A DNA stretch of 64,000 nucleotides from Haliotis cracherodii. Its lineage: Eukaryota. Below are positions 63,380 through 64,000 of this stretch, in pieces (the first letter of the stretch is position 1; every line of letters starts with the position of its first letter). The position numbers and the translations under genes were made by a program. The stretch covers positions 33,294,001 to 33,358,000 of the forward strand of contig NW_027266330.1 in assembly GCF_022045235.1 (NCBI RefSeq), written 5' to 3'. The notes below the pieces were generated by a model. The model saw nothing but the letters and a program-made list of their open reading frames with translations, was not told the origin of the DNA and made no database searches.

Positions 63380-63916
63380 GCCCGCCTGTTCCCACCTGTG
63401 CCCGCCTGTTCCTACCTGTGTCCGCCTGTTCCTACCTGTGTCCGCCTGTTCCCACCTGTGCCCGCCTGTGCACTCCTGTTTCCACCTGTGCCCGCCTGTG
63501 CCGGCCTGTACCCACCTGTGCCCGCCTGTTCCCACCTGTGCCCGCCTGTTTCCACCTGTGCCAAACTGTGCCCGCATTCCCACCTGTTCCCACCTGTGCC
63601 CGCCTGTTCCCACATGTGCCCGCCTGTACCCACCTGTGCCCGCCTGTTCCCACCTGTGCCCGCCTGTGCCCACCTGTGTCCGCCTGTTTCCACCTGTGCC
63701 CGCCTGTTCCCACCTGTGCCCGCCTGTTCCCACCTGTGCCCGCCTGTACCCACCTGTGCCCGCCTGTTCCCACCTGTGCCCGCCTGTACCCACCTGTGTC
63801 CGCCTGTTTCCACCTGTGCCCGCCTGTTTCCACCTGTGCCCGCCTGTTTCCACCTGTGCCCGCCTGTACCCACCTGTGCCCGCCTGTTCCCACCTGTGCC
63901 CGCCTGTTTCCACTTG
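63380..63916. repeat. GC-rich 20-bp (2x10) minisatellite
   Basis: Unit cccacctgtgcccgcctgtt. Confidence 0.97.
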
Positions 63917-64000
63917 TGTAAATAACATGGTGATTGGCTAGTATTGGATTACCTAGGGGGAACTGAAAGGTCGAAATAATATTTCCCGAAAATGTGAGAG

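Noticed and set aside
63259-63941. PPVPTCARL / GTGGHR ORFs
   Set aside because: 20-bp minisatellite, open in all six frames.

Overview
Animal genomic DNA with spliceosomal introns and many SINEs. The repeat families suggest a mollusc, possibly an abalone-like gastropod (inference only). Positions 1-~36.4 kb are a head-to-tail array of four 8.4-10 kb units. Each unit carries an intact minus-strand gene with four coding exons for a ~420-aa type I membrane receptor: signal peptide, one 978-981 bp exon with about nine Cys-rich EGF-like repeats, a TM helix, and a ~45-aa tail containing YELM and ending VIVFL. The copies differ strongly only in the membrane-distal ~80 residues and are recombinant mosaics, which fits a diversifying recognition-receptor locus. 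The array probably continues left of the window. The 36.4-49 kb interval is mostly decayed transposons (Tc1, KRBA2/SCAND3-type integrase element, Crypton-like relic, MITEs, SINEs) plus a paired NF-kB-site cluster and an assembly gap. At 50.2-56.3 kb is a minus-strand gene for a secreted protein with three Methyltransf_FA (FAMeT-like) domains. The 57-64 kb region holds satellites, a LINE 3' relic and a decayed Tc1. All gene models were read by eye from splice signals and intron phases; no database search was run.
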